From Chrysemys picta bellii (lineage: Eukaryota): a stretch of 64,000 nt of DNA. Of the stretch, positions 1 to 12,200 are shown one piece after another (the stretch's first letter is position 1; each line of letters begins with the position of its first letter). The DNA lies in assembly GCF_011386835.1 (NCBI RefSeq), contig NC_088797.1, forward strand, positions 34,162,001-34,226,000, in the 5' to 3' direction. Made by a program: the position numbers and the translations under genes. The notes under the pieces are model-generated. The model was not told where the DNA came from. It saw nothing but the letters and a program-made list of their open reading frames with translations, and searched no databases.

Positions 1-342
1 AACATCAGGGGCCACCAAGATACTAAATCCGGCTGCCTGGAGTCCCCCAAGCTGACTGCACTGCAGCAAGCGGAATTTCCTCACTAATAGTAAAGGGACT
101 GACTGTTAATGGGATAGAGCCCACCCTCTTTCCCTCCCCCGTGGTCTCCTCTAATCGGCCGGGGCCCAAACCAGGGGCCTGAGAATAATGGTTCTCACAA
201 GCCGCTCATGCTGTGTTCGTGCTGCTGTGCTTCCGTTTCTCACAGCAATGGCTAGCCCTCCTTGAAACTCTTGGGGGCAGAAGTTCTGCTGTTCCCTCCG
301 CCCCCGTCAGCTGCTGCCCCCTAGCCCTGGGTTAATTCTCAC

Positions 343-3300
343 CTCAGCACTGTAGAGATTGTCGTAGAACCTTGCTGCATTATACTGTGGGAACCACTGT
401 GTGTGCTGGGCCTCTTGGCAGCTAGAGTGGAGTTAAGAAAGGACAGAGCATGGATTAGCTGGAGAGCTAGAGGAGAAATCCCACACGGGCTGATGATTTC
501 CCCCCGGTGCTGGGTCTTTGCACCGACTCAGAGCTTGTGGCTGCTGGGAATGATGCGATCCTGTGGGGCAGGGAGTCCCTCTGGACATGGGGAGTGCGGT
601 CCTCCCCTGAGGGAGAAAAGCCCACCTACCTTTTCACAAGTTTGGTTTGGAGGATGGACGAGCACAGAGTGTCCATCCCAACCCGAAGGATGCAGGCCGA
701 GACCAGCAGGAAGAAAAGGATCACAGCAGAGATTGCCAGGTTCACGGTGAGCCAGGTGTGATCCCTGGAATGGGATGGGGGAGAGATCAGTGTGACCAGC
801 TGGTGGGACTGGGTGGCTCTAACTCCCCACCCCAACATGCCCCCTCTGCTCACCACCTCCTCTCGTCCATGCAGCAGCTGTAGATGCCGTAGAGCAGCAC
901 TGCGAAGCAGTACACAGCGATGAGGATGGAGATGGCAGTGACGAAGTAACAGAGGGAGATGTTGCTGAAGTGAGACAGAGCGAGGGCCGTCCCGTTCTTG
1001 TCTACGGACCCATAGAGGATACACCGGCCACCAAACTCCCCCTGGGAACGAGAGAACAGAGACAGCCTCCTTGGGGAGCAGATTCCACAGCACAGGGGAC
1101 ATGGACACTCCCATTCAGCAGCATTTCCGTTGTTTTATAGCAAGGCATTGAGGCCCTGCCCAAGATTGGCAGGGGCGGGGAGGGCGGGACTCTAAGATGC
1201 CTGTATGCTCCTTGGGGAATTGAGGCCGAGCTCTTCAAAGGTATTTAGGCACCTCACTCCCATGGGAAGGACTGTCCTCCCCAGGGGAGTTAGTTGCTTA
1301 AATACTTGTGAGGATCTGGGCCAGAGACGCAATGGTGTACCTGTCTCCTGGCTGGCACATCTGCAGTCACACATGTACCCAGCCTATCGCCACACTGGCG
1401 CTGCAGCTGTGTGTGTTTTGCGCTAGGATTTCTGGGGTGTGTCCCAAGACCCTTAGCACCTGAAGCTGCTCTAGGAACTGGTTTGTGGTGTATTGTGGGA
1501 GAACTTGTCTGCCCTTCCCAGACCCCCGTGTGGAACTGTTTTCAGCCTGTCAGTGAGCCACAGAATCGTGCTACGCCCTCTGCTTTGGAAGTCTCTAGGA
1601 GGAGCCCCTTCAGTGTGCCAGACCCCCTAAGGGTCTCCCTTCCTCCAGGATAAGCCATGCAGCTTCACCTCCTCCTTTGACTGGACCTGTGGGCCTCCAG
1701 CACTCCTGCTTCACACCGTGAGCTCTGTTCAGTGAGTCCAATTGACACAGACCCCTGATAGAGACTTGTCCACTCCTCAGAGATTAGTGCACCTTGCCAA
1801 GCATCTGTAGTGACACCAAACAGCGTCACAACAGTGGGGTTTATTAGTTCACTGGCACACAGCATAGGAAGTCCTTTGGGTAGCACAGAGACCTGAAGGT
1901 TAGAGCACAGTCCATTCGGGTTAGCCCAGAGCCCAGCCAAGCTGGAGTGAACCCTTGGTGCAAGCTCTGTCTTGCATTTGATCTCCTTGGTCAGGCTTCA
2001 GGTGAGCCCTGACTCCTTCCAGCAGCCCACTCTTATCTCCCCACCTTCCCAGTCCCTTATTCTCGAGACCAGGAGGTGTGGAAATCCCTGTCCCTTGGGG
2101 TCTTTGGTTGCTAGGAACCAACATCCAGGTGATTGGATTTGCCATTGTCTTCTCAAATGCTGTATTGATATGGGGGCCCAAGCCCCAGGCAGCTAGCCGA
2201 CACCCACACCTACATCTCCTAGCCTGAGCGGAGATCAAATGCTCCCTTTCTACCACTCTCAGCAGGAGAAACTGAGGCAGACAGGACTCATAGAAATATT
2301 ACAAAATAGACTTACTTTGTCACAGTTTGCTACAGTTTTGCTGAGGCACTTTTGTCTCAGCACTTCCTCCCTCTGCCCATTCCAACTGGGGGGACAAGCT
2401 ACGGAGCCGTTGGAGGAGACATAAGTAACTCACAGGTCACATAGGAGGCCCGTGGTGGAGCAAGGTGTGTAACCAAGTCTCATGCCAGTTGGGCCATCCA
2501 CCCTTCCTCTCTGCAGTAGCCATGCTGGGAGCAGAAGGCTGGGGCATTTTACCATCGAGTTCTTTAACCCTGCCTGAAGCAGGTCTAGGTTCAATTGGCA
2601 GTACCCAGTCTGGCTAGTCTCCCAAGCCCCTGAGCGGTGCCAGGGGAGAATTTGCTCCGAGCCTCAGTGGAGACCAGGCCTGAGAGCCTCACAGCTTGGC
2701 TCTGTCACTTGCCTTCTAAGCTCTTAGGGCCAGGACTGATGACTTCCTGTGTGGATGGGGAGCCGGATAGGTGCAGCCAAATGGCAAATACAGTAATGAC
2801 TTCCCTGGGGCTGAATGGGAGGGGGAAGAACAGTGGTGGAGAACCAGTGTCTGTGTCCTGAGAGACACAGGACCCAGGGCCCCAGATGGGAGGGTGGGGC
2901 CTGTGTGTGTACAGGGAGGGGTGCGTGCACGTAGGCGGGGCAGGAAGGAAACTAACTGCTGGAGCTTTCCTGCCTCTCCAGGGCCTCAGCTGACTCGCAT
3001 TAGCTCCAGGGCTGTACAGCTCACATGACAGGTCAGGGGCTGAGTGCACCAGGGTGTGGGTGCACAATCCGGCACCAGAGGGAGGGAGGTGGGCCAATGT
3101 TTCCGGCAGCACCTGGCAGGTAGTGATGAGTCTTTCCAGGGCCTTTTAGATTAACCCCTGCCCCGCTGGGCACTTAGTGCAGCTAGCGATCGCTGGCTGT
3201 CCAGGGATGGACGGTTTAAGGGGTGGAGGTGATGGGAGGGGAGTTGTGCGCTGAGAGAAGCCGCTGGGTGTAATGGGGCTGCTCGAGAGAGTCCTGGGCG

Positions 3301-3633
3301 GGGGTGCTGCAGATTGCGGGTGGGGGTGTTTTGGAGGCAGTCAGACTAGCGGGGGGCGCTGCTGCGGGTAGCGGACACGGAGACACCAGCAGCCATTGGG
3401 GGGGGAGGGGTGCACACTGGGGCCGGGTGTTTCCCCTGCCTTTTTCCACGGGGGGGGGAGCTTTCACCTTTCCCCCAGCCCCTGCTTCCCGCTCGCGCGC
3501 CCCTTCCCGGACAGACCCCCCCCGCCGGGGTAGGTACCTGGGTGACAGTCAGGGCCGAGGCGCAGACCACCCCGCAGAGGAAGGCAGCTCCGTGCAGGGC
3601 CAATTCCCCCAGCTGCAGCGCGGACACCGCCAT
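343..3633 (-). CDS. TMEM179B: Transmembrane protein 179B, coding exons 1-4 (3'-partial; last exon lies before position 1)
   Basis: Exons 3633-3538, 1041-854, 764-630, 421-343, all GT-AG and phase-consistent. Translation MAVSALQLGELALHGAAFLCGVVCASALTVTQ|GEFGGRCILYG...LCYFVTAISILIAVYC...|WDHTWLTVNLAISAVILFFLLVSACILR...|SCQEAQ...FYDNLYSAE closely resembles the TMEM179B sequence as I recall it. Confidence 0.93.
1222..1322. repeat. Short imperfect palindromic (hairpin) interspersed repeat / MITE
   Basis: Arms tcaaaggtatttaggcacctcactccc and gggagttagttgcttaaatacttgtga are near reverse complements. Confidence 0.55.
1330..2400 (-). mobile_element. Possible highly decayed DIRS-like ORF1 (gag-like) remnant in TMEM179B intron 1
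   Basis: ORF 1665-1940 (VSVLPKGLPMLCASELINPTVV...AWQG) loosely resembles the DIRS ORF1 segment also seen at 34261-34545. Boundaries are uncertain. Confidence 0.3.
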
Positions 3634-3770
3634 GTTCCCCTCGGCCAGCCCAGGGCCCGAAGCCCCAATCCCCGCCCCCTGGGAGATCCGCCCCCGGCAG
3701 CCTGGGGAGGCTCCAGCGGGACGCTGTGTGTGTCGGAGGCCCGCTCACGTGTTGTTTCCCCCCATTTCAG
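3480..3770. promoter_or_regulatory. CpG-rich region over TMEM179B exon 1 (promoter)
   Basis: Visibly high CpG density around the ATG at 3633. Confidence 0.65.
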
Positions 3771-3860
3771 TGCTGAAATGAGCCTGTCCCGTCACCCTCC
3801 CCCAGTTAGTACCGCGAGACCCCTGCTCCCTGCTCCAGTAAAACTCCCCCCCCCCCCCCC

Positions 3861-3981
3861 GCGTGACCAGATGTCCCAATTTTATCAGGACAGTCCCGCT
3901 ATTTGGGGCTTTTTCTTATATAGGTGCCTATTACCCCCCACCCCCTGTACTGATTTTTCACACTTGCTATCTGGTCAACCG
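3861..3981. mobile_element. hAT-type MITE (about 120 bp)
   Basis: Termini gtgaccagat / atctggtca. Same family as the copy at 60163-60285, in the opposite orientation. Flanked by poly-C on both sides. Confidence 0.75.
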
Positions 3982-5709
3982 CCCCCCCCCACCCCCCCGC
4001 TGCTACAAACCCAGCCAGGGCTGGCCCCGCCACTGTGTGCGGGGATATAACACAACCCCACCCCTCTGCTGTGCACCACATGCAGCTCCTCACCCCCCAT
4101 TACGCCAGGCACTGTACAGCGCAGGCCAAAAGTGCCGTCTGTCTACAGCGGGTTACCCACAGCCTCATACCTCACCACGCAGCTGGAGAGCTTGGAGTGC
4201 CACTGATTTCCACACCTGCTCCAACCTCGGGGTAGCAGGCATCCTAGATCAGCTCAAGAGGCCTAGTCCCGAGCATACTGCCCACACGTAAACTGTTCTG
4301 TGTGAGAGCCTCTAGAAAGCCTCCCCTGCGATTATTCTTCCTCTGTAAATCATGTAAGTCACATCCAAGTGCTCCAATACGTCCCCTTGGGTGGGAATCG
4401 GTTGCCATCCTCAATAGCGGTGCGTGCACTGCACTCATTACCACAGTACCTGAGCGCCCCCCACTCAGTGCATGAAGCATCATGGCAGACATTTGTTCTC
4501 ATCCTCTCTCTAGCAGAAGTGTGTGAAGGGTTTGGATTGTTCTAGTAATCTCTCCGTAGATATGCAGCAATGTGTGAGACAGAGACGGCAGGGTCAGAGG
4601 AGCATGGCCTGGCAAGGTTTGTGCTAGTCTTTAGTTCCCATGGGAGCTCATGCCACAGTCCTGGGGTGGCTCTGCTTCCCTTACGCTGATACCCTGATAT
4701 TTCTCAGTTGTAAAAGACCCATTTGTGTTTGGTCAAACTCCTATAATTGGCAGTACACACACAGCTCCAGCTGCAAAGGTGCTTGGTCCTGGCTGTCACT
4801 TTTCCATTGATTTCACCAACCTCTACCAGCAGTTGTGTTATCAACCAGCACTTTCTGAGCTAGTGCCCTCTCTTGGAAGGTGAGCTAATACCAGCACTTG
4901 GGCTTCCTAACCTTGAATACATGACTTGTTTTCTATCGGTTTCATACTGCTGCCCATCACCTTCCAGCTACCCCTTTGGAGAGAAACAAGCCCTGGGGTA
5001 GAAGATAACAGAGAGGGTTTATTTTTGCTCTGGTCCCATCTCCCACTCTCAGGGAGGATTTGCACTCGCTGCTGGGAGCTGTGCCTGTGAAGCATCACAG
5101 AAAGACACAAAATCGCATCCTTGACACCTTACTAAAGTGAGTGTTGGAGAGGCCACAGCCCAGCCCTGAGCTTGTGTGACTCTGCATCATTCCCAAAGTG
5201 TGGCCATATAGTGCTGCTGAAATGTAACTGAGTGGGGTGATTTTAGCCAGATCCATGCTTGAACCCCTTTTAACCCCCAAAATAAACACAGTTACAACAG
5301 CCATGGGATCTTACACATGCTCAAAGAGCAACCTAGTCCTGCTGTTTAAAGCCACCTTCAGAAAACCTTGTGGGCCTCACTTTACAGACAGGCCCAGCTC
5401 CTCTTGCCAGGCTTTGATTCACTGTTTGAGAGGGGGCAGACATGGCAGGTGTGGAGATGGGTGGCGGTAGGGCCCCTAGTTTATGGTGGTGGGTTAGGAA
5501 GACAGGAGCAGGTCCCTCAGCTCTGAGAGTTAGAGCTTCCTAGATGTTAGTCTTCCCTTGGCTACCTTCAGTGAGCACTGGCCCACAGAGGGGCTAAGGG
5601 GCAGCCCCTAGCAGGGGCAAGACAGGAGGTGCTATAGCTACCCCACCCCCATGCAACAAGGGAGAGGTCAGCAAACAAATTCTCAGTCCCCAACAGCAGC
5701 AGCAGCATC

Positions 5710-5715
5710 TTTATT
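5710..5715 (-). terminator. Polyadenylation signal AATAAA for TAF6L
   Basis: tttatt on the plus strand, about 580 nt past the TAF6L stop codon. Confidence 0.65.
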
Positions 5716-6297
5716 AAACAAGCAGGTGTCAATACAAGGCTTGGGGAGTTGGAGAAATGCTGTGTGCTGTCAGGAAAATCCAACTCCAAGGGGAGTGCTG
5801 AGTACACAAGGACAGGAGCACTCGTGCCTCAGGGGAGGACATGGCTTGGGGCCGGGGAGCTAAAATCCTTTAGTTAGGCTATGGAATCTGCTGCTGTGTG
5901 CTGTACCTAGATCACACAGAGGCCCTAAGCCCTGCAATCGCCTCCCCTCTCCCACCCATACTCCCCCAACACCTCCCCAGCAAAGGCTCAGCCATCACAC
6001 AGCAGAAAACCCTGGATGGCCCTTGGAGGAGTGCACAGTCCATAGGCGCAGAGGTAGCAGGCTCAGCCTGCCCCACAGTCTGGGCACATAGGAGGCACTG
6101 CTGAGGGCAGAATGTGTCTCAGCTGTGTGTGTCGGAGACTGCTGGGTAGGCCCCCTCCACCCTGGAAGATAAAATCCTCTCCTGAGAGGTTTGGCTTGAG
6201 TGGGGGCCCCTGACTTCATCCAACAAGGGATGCTCAGTAGTACAGGGGAGGGATGAAGGACCCATGAGCTGAAGTCCTGCAGGGGAGAGGTCACTCC

Positions 6298-9200
6298 TCA
6301 GAGAGGCAGGTAAAGGGAGTACTCTGAGTGGGCCCACTTCTTCACAGGCTTGCTGGTCCTGCCGATCATGGGCAGCTTCTGGGCATAGCGGGAAATGTGG
6401 CTAGGGCCATGGTGCTGGGGGAAGCAGGTCTGGAACACTCGGCCCTTGCACCGCCGGCCCACTTGCCGCCCAGCAATCACAAAGCTGAAGTGGGGTGGCC
6501 CCTGGGGGGAGAAGCGGCACTTCTGGAAAACGTCACGGACCCCAGGCCGGTGGCCCTGCTGGCGTGATGCGCTACGAGAGCGGGGCACGCTGGCCGAGCG
6601 ATGGAGGGTTGGCCTGCCTGGTGGGTAGTCTGCCCGGGGGCTCTCCTCCTCTCGGGGACTCACTGTGGCATTGGCTGTCAGCTGGGGCATCTTGCGCACT
6701 ACATCCCCTGTGCCGAAGGCTGGTTGCTCTTTCTTGGTGTCCAAGACCTTGGGGCCGGGAGGTGTTGGCTCGGCTGCGTGCAGCCCCGAGCCTGTGCCAA
6801 AGCGGGTGGCCAGGCTGTCTCCAAAGAAGTCGTAGAGCTCCCGGTAGGTCTCGTGCAGGGAGACAGTGGGAGGGTCAGCAGAGATGCCAGTGCCCAGCTG
6901 GGGGCCCCCGCTGCCCAGCTGCAGAAGGTGGCTGGCGATGCCAAAGCTGAACTCCACTTGGGGATCCTGCAGGGGGCTGAGCCAGGGAGAGCTCTCCCGA
7001 CGGCACCCATCCCTACATGGTCTGTCCCCCTGGGCTGATACTGACTGGGCCTTCATCTTCAGCAAGCGCTCCACTGCCACCTGGCAAAGGAAGAGCTGCT
7101 CTGGTTAGAAGCCCTGGCCTCTCCGCTCTTTAACCCCAGCTGCAAACCCAGCCACACACAGCAGGAGACTGGAGGATCCCTGGCTCAGCTGGGCCCCTGC
7201 CTGAGGCTGCTGCTCACACAGCCCTTTCTGCCCATCCCCATCCCTGATATAAGGGGCACTGGAGAACCACCTTCACCCTACCCAAGGAGAAGCCAAGTCA
7301 CCCCCATCCCTTTTCTGGCAGGGGCCCTGTATCTAGTCTGACTGAGGCAAGATGCTACGCTATTGGGAGATGGGAGCTCAGTCACGGGCTTCTGGGCTGC
7401 CTGGAACTGCAGTGAGTGTGTGGGCCCTGTGGGCAGAGCCCTGGCCCAGCCCTCTCCTCTGGACGGGAGGGGTGAGACTCACCAGGATGGCACCGTACAC
7501 CTTATGCCCATCAGCCTTCACCTGGGCGTTGGAGACAGAGTAGTCGTCCAGCACGGCCTGCAGGTTCGCCCAGTAGGTGGAGAGATGGGGGTAGAGGACT
7601 CGCTCCACAGCCTGGAGAGGAGAGAGCAAAGATCCAGCCCAAAAAGGGCCATTTATTGACTGTCCAAGAACCAACAGCACAGCCAATACATGAGAAGCTA
7701 AAGTACTGGCCTGGGGAGCTGAGCCAGGGTCCTCTGCCTTGTGTGTGCACAAAGAGATGGGATTGGGGCACAGAGCAGCAGTTACCAGCCCTTGGAGCAG
7801 GTCACCACTTCCTCCCATGCCCCCCAACATAGAGGGACCCAGTGTAGCCACCCTCCTGGGAGGCATCACTGCTTCAATTCTCAGACCCACCTCCCAGGGA
7901 AACAGGGTGTTTGGCTTGGGTACCACCACCCTTTGGGCAGGGAGAGGAGAGCAAAGATCATGTGGGGTCGAGAGCTGTCCCTTACCTTCCACCCCAGGGC
8001 ATGCAGCCCCACCACTGCCCCATAATGAGAGCAAAGCGGGCGCACTGGATCAGCCAGCACCTTCTGGAGGGACAACAGGATCTGGTGGTACAGGCCACTG
8101 ACGAGGTCGCCATGCGTCCTGAGGGAGGAGACCGAGCAGAGGCTGAAAATCCCTGGAGATTGGACTTGTGCATCCCATCCAGGACCCTCCCCTACCCCAT
8201 CATGCTCCATCAGAGCTGCCTGGGAGAGCAGGGGCAGCACTGGACTCTTAAGGAGACTCCCACTGACACCAGACATGCTGCTGACTCCCCTGCCTGGGTG
8301 CTGGGGGTGGCAGTGACGCCCTTTCAGCCACTCCCCACCATGCCGCACCAGAAGATGTGGCTCAGGAGCATGGCAGCGTAGTCCCGGAGCGTCCAATGGT
8401 CGTTGAGGGGGTTGATGGATGCGGCGAGTGGCTCCAGCACGCAGTACATGACGCTGGCAATCAGGCTCTTGACATAGGAGCCCAGGCACAGGTAGGGATT
8501 CTGGATGAGGCTCTTGGCGATGTGCAGCAGGCGGTTCAGCTGCTCCAGGTCATGGCTGACGGACTTCACCTGGGACAGGAGAAGAAAGAGCGAAAGGCTC
8601 AGAGCTGCTGGAAGGAGGGCGTGGGCCGCTCCAGGGGAGCCACACCCTTGGGAGGGTCTCCTGCCCACCCCACCCTGTTTCTCAGGTGGGTCACATGCCC
8701 CGGGGCCTCCTGCTCCACTCACCCCGCTGACCACATAGACAAAGTAGGGCAGCAGGGCTGCGATCTTCGAGTTCGTCTGCAGGTCCTGGAGGGCAACCTG
8801 TGGGGAGGAAGTGTCAGATAAGGGTCAGAGGAAGAGGGGTGCCACAGCCAGGAATGGAATGGAGAGCCCCAGCCTGGGGAGAGGGGTTGCACCATGGTTT
8901 GTCATGTAGCCATTCTCCCTCAGTCAGGCTCCCCACACAGGGCCAGCGATCCCTGCTGCATGTCCTTCTGAGACACCTGAGCCAATCAGAGCTGGTGGGC
9001 AGTTCTCCAGCTGGACCACTGGTGCCAGAACTTTCTGCGATCCTTCCCCCACCGGGCTGCATCAAGCCTGGAGCAAAAGTAGCTTCTGTGGAGGCTGGGG
9101 CTCTACAGTCCTTGAAACCCTCATTTGCCCCCCCACATTCCAGGCCAGTCTGAGATAAAGGCACTGATCCTCAGCCCCTCACCCACCTTCATTAGCTGCG

Positions 9201-12200
9201 GGTCATCCCCAAGCACAGCTCGGGTCACATGCTGGTAGTACTTCAGCAGGTCATCTGAGAGTGTGGAGACAGCACTGGGCACTGCAGGAGAAGCCAGGAA
9301 GGCAAGGGTTACGGGAATTCAGTGGAGACCCCTCCGAAGCACCAATGATCCCTACGAGAGCAGCAGCAGCCTGAGTCCCAGTACAGGGTAGGGACCTGCC
9401 ATGGGGCATTGTTCAGAAAGGAGATGGCAGAAATGTGTGTCTGTGTGTCAGAGACTGACCGAGGAAAAACTCTCATATGAAAAGATTGGGATTGTTTAGA
9501 AAGGGGACAGGAGAAAAGTTGATAATGACTGGGACATAGAAGGGAGATCTGGAGCTTCTTGTGATGCTTTGTACTTCGGGGGGACACCCTACACCCCCAT
9601 GTTCATCTTTATAAAATGATTGTGTGCTATCCAGTGCAAAGTTTGTCATGTTGAATGTCTTCGGAAGGCTCATAATGCACTGAGCATGGTTGTTATAGTG
9701 ATATTATAGAAATTGTTACAGTAATGTTATAGTGAGGTTATAGGTTATAATTTCATGTACATAGTTATGAGGCTGAAAAGGTACCCTCATGGCTTAAAGC
9801 AAGCCCATGCAAAAACTCTCCAAGAACAGAGAGGCAGTTCACACCTCATCAGGGCATGGATGGGACAAACCCAGCCCAGCCTCACAGGAACAATGGACAC
9901 TGGCTTAGGCAGCAACAAAAGAATCTGTTAGACCCTTGAGGGAGTCATCCCCCTTCCTTTGGTCAGTTTAGGACTGCGATGAGGTAATGCTCACCTGACT
10001 CTGAAAGGGGGGGGGGGGGACGGAAAGAGGAGGGGAGAGCAAAGCCAAGAGGAAAGAAAGGACATGATAAAAGGGAGAGATATTTTGCCATGCTCTCTCT
10101 TTTCAACCTACATCTACAGACACCACCACCATCAAGCAACTGAAAAGCTGATCAAAGGGGAGAGCCTGACTGAAAAGTAACCAGCCAGCCTGTGGTGAGA
10201 ATCATCTAAGTTTGTAAGGACATTGAAAGTGTTAAGATCAGCTTAGAATGCGTTTTGCTTTTATTTCATTTGACCAAATCTGACTGGTTATGCTTTGACT
10301 TATAATCACTTAAAATCTATCTTTATAGTTAATGAATGTGTTTGTTTATTCTACCTGAAGCAGTGCGTTTGGTTTGAAGTGTGTCAGAGGCTCCCCTTGG
10401 GATAACAAGCCTGGTACGTATATATTTCTTTGTTAAATTGATGAACTCATATAAGCTTTCAGCGTCTAGCAGGCATAACCGGACACTGCAAGACGGAGGT
10501 TCCTAGGGTTGCGTCTGGGACCGGAGATATTGGCTAGTGTCATTTGCTTGCAAGTAGCTGGGAGCAGCTTACATACCAGAAGCTGTGTGTGAACAGCCCA
10601 GGAGTGGGGGTTCTCACAGCAGGGAAGGGTAAGGCTGGCTCCCAGAGTCAAGGATTGGAGAGGCCTGGCAGATCACCGATCCGGATAACACCAGAGGGGA
10701 ACGTCACACTTCTGTTCTCCCAATCTCCTAACACAAGGACAAGGGGACAGGAGCGACCAAAAGGTGGCAAAATTCCTAACTGATAAAAGGACATACTTTT
10801 CCACACACTGTGATTGGCCTGGGGGACTCCCTGCTGCAGGATGGTGCAGAGGTTAAGAACTAAATGAGATTTAGAGGGACTGGATGTGTATGTGGATAAC
10901 TAGGACAAGCAACAGGGGGTAGCCGTGTTAGTCTGTATCTACAAAAACAACAAGGAGTCTGGTGGCACCTTAAAGACTAACAGATTTATTTGGGCATAAG
11001 CTTTTGTGAGTAAAAACCTCACTTCTTCGGATGCATAGAGTGAAAGTTACAGATTCATTTGCAAATTCAACACCATTAATCCGGGCTTGAATAGGGACTG
11101 GGAGTGGCTGGCTCATTACAGAAGCAGCTTTTCCTCTCCTGGAATTGACACCTCCTCATCTATTATTGGGAGTGGACTACATCCACCCTGATTGAATTGG
11201 CCCTGTGAACAATGGTTCTCCACTTGCGAAGTAACTCCCTTCTCTTCATGTGTCAGTATATAATGCCTGCATCTGTAACTTTCACTCTATGCATCCGAAG
11301 AAGTGAGGTTTTTACTCACGAAAGCTTATGCCCAAATAAATCTGTTAGTCTTTAAGGTGCCACCAGACTCCTTGTTGTTTTTGTAGATACAGACTAACAC
11401 GGCTACCCCCTGATACTTGACACCATGCAAGGCACTAAATTTAGCCGTATGGAGTGGAAATCCATCAACCTCAACAAAAAACTTGCACAGATACAGACAG
11501 ACATCCTCTTCCTCTCCAAATGCAAACAGATGGACATCATACCAAAAGGACTGAAGGTAAAAAATCCATTGCAATCAACATACTACACTGACTATGGTGA
11601 GAGATTGTGCCACACACTCTCAAAGAAACTGAGGAACCACCTGATCAGCATCCTGTACAGCAGACAGGAGAAGATCAAGAATGAGCTCTCAGAACTGGAG
11701 ACTCTCATACAATACCAGCCTTCCACACAAACTTCCACGTGGCTGGACTTTACAAAAATGAGACAAGCCATTTACAATGCACACTTCACTTCTCTACAGA
11801 GGAAAAAGGACAGTAAGCTATCTAAACTAATACCTGCCACTGGGGGCTATAACAATGGTACCCTCAACTCATCTAACAACATTGTCAATCTTTCCAACCA
11901 CACACTTAGCCCAGCAGAAGAGTCTGTCCTATCTCGGGGACTCTCTTTCTGTCCCACCATCCCCACGAACATGATACAGTTCTGCGGTGATCTGGAAGCC
12001 TACTTTCGTCGTCTCCGACTCAAGGAATATTTTCAATGCACCACTGAACAGTGCACTGACCCACAGGAACCCTCCTACCAACACTACAAGAAGAACTACT
12101 CTGCGTGGACTCCTCCTGACAGTCGAAATGACAGACTGGACCTCTACATAGAGTGCTTCCGCAGACGTGCACAGGCTGAAATTGTGGACAAAACATCACT

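Noticed and set aside
4050-5600. Possible extra gene between TAF6L and TMEM179B
   Set aside because: Only short ORFs, with no recognisable motifs or consistent exon chain.
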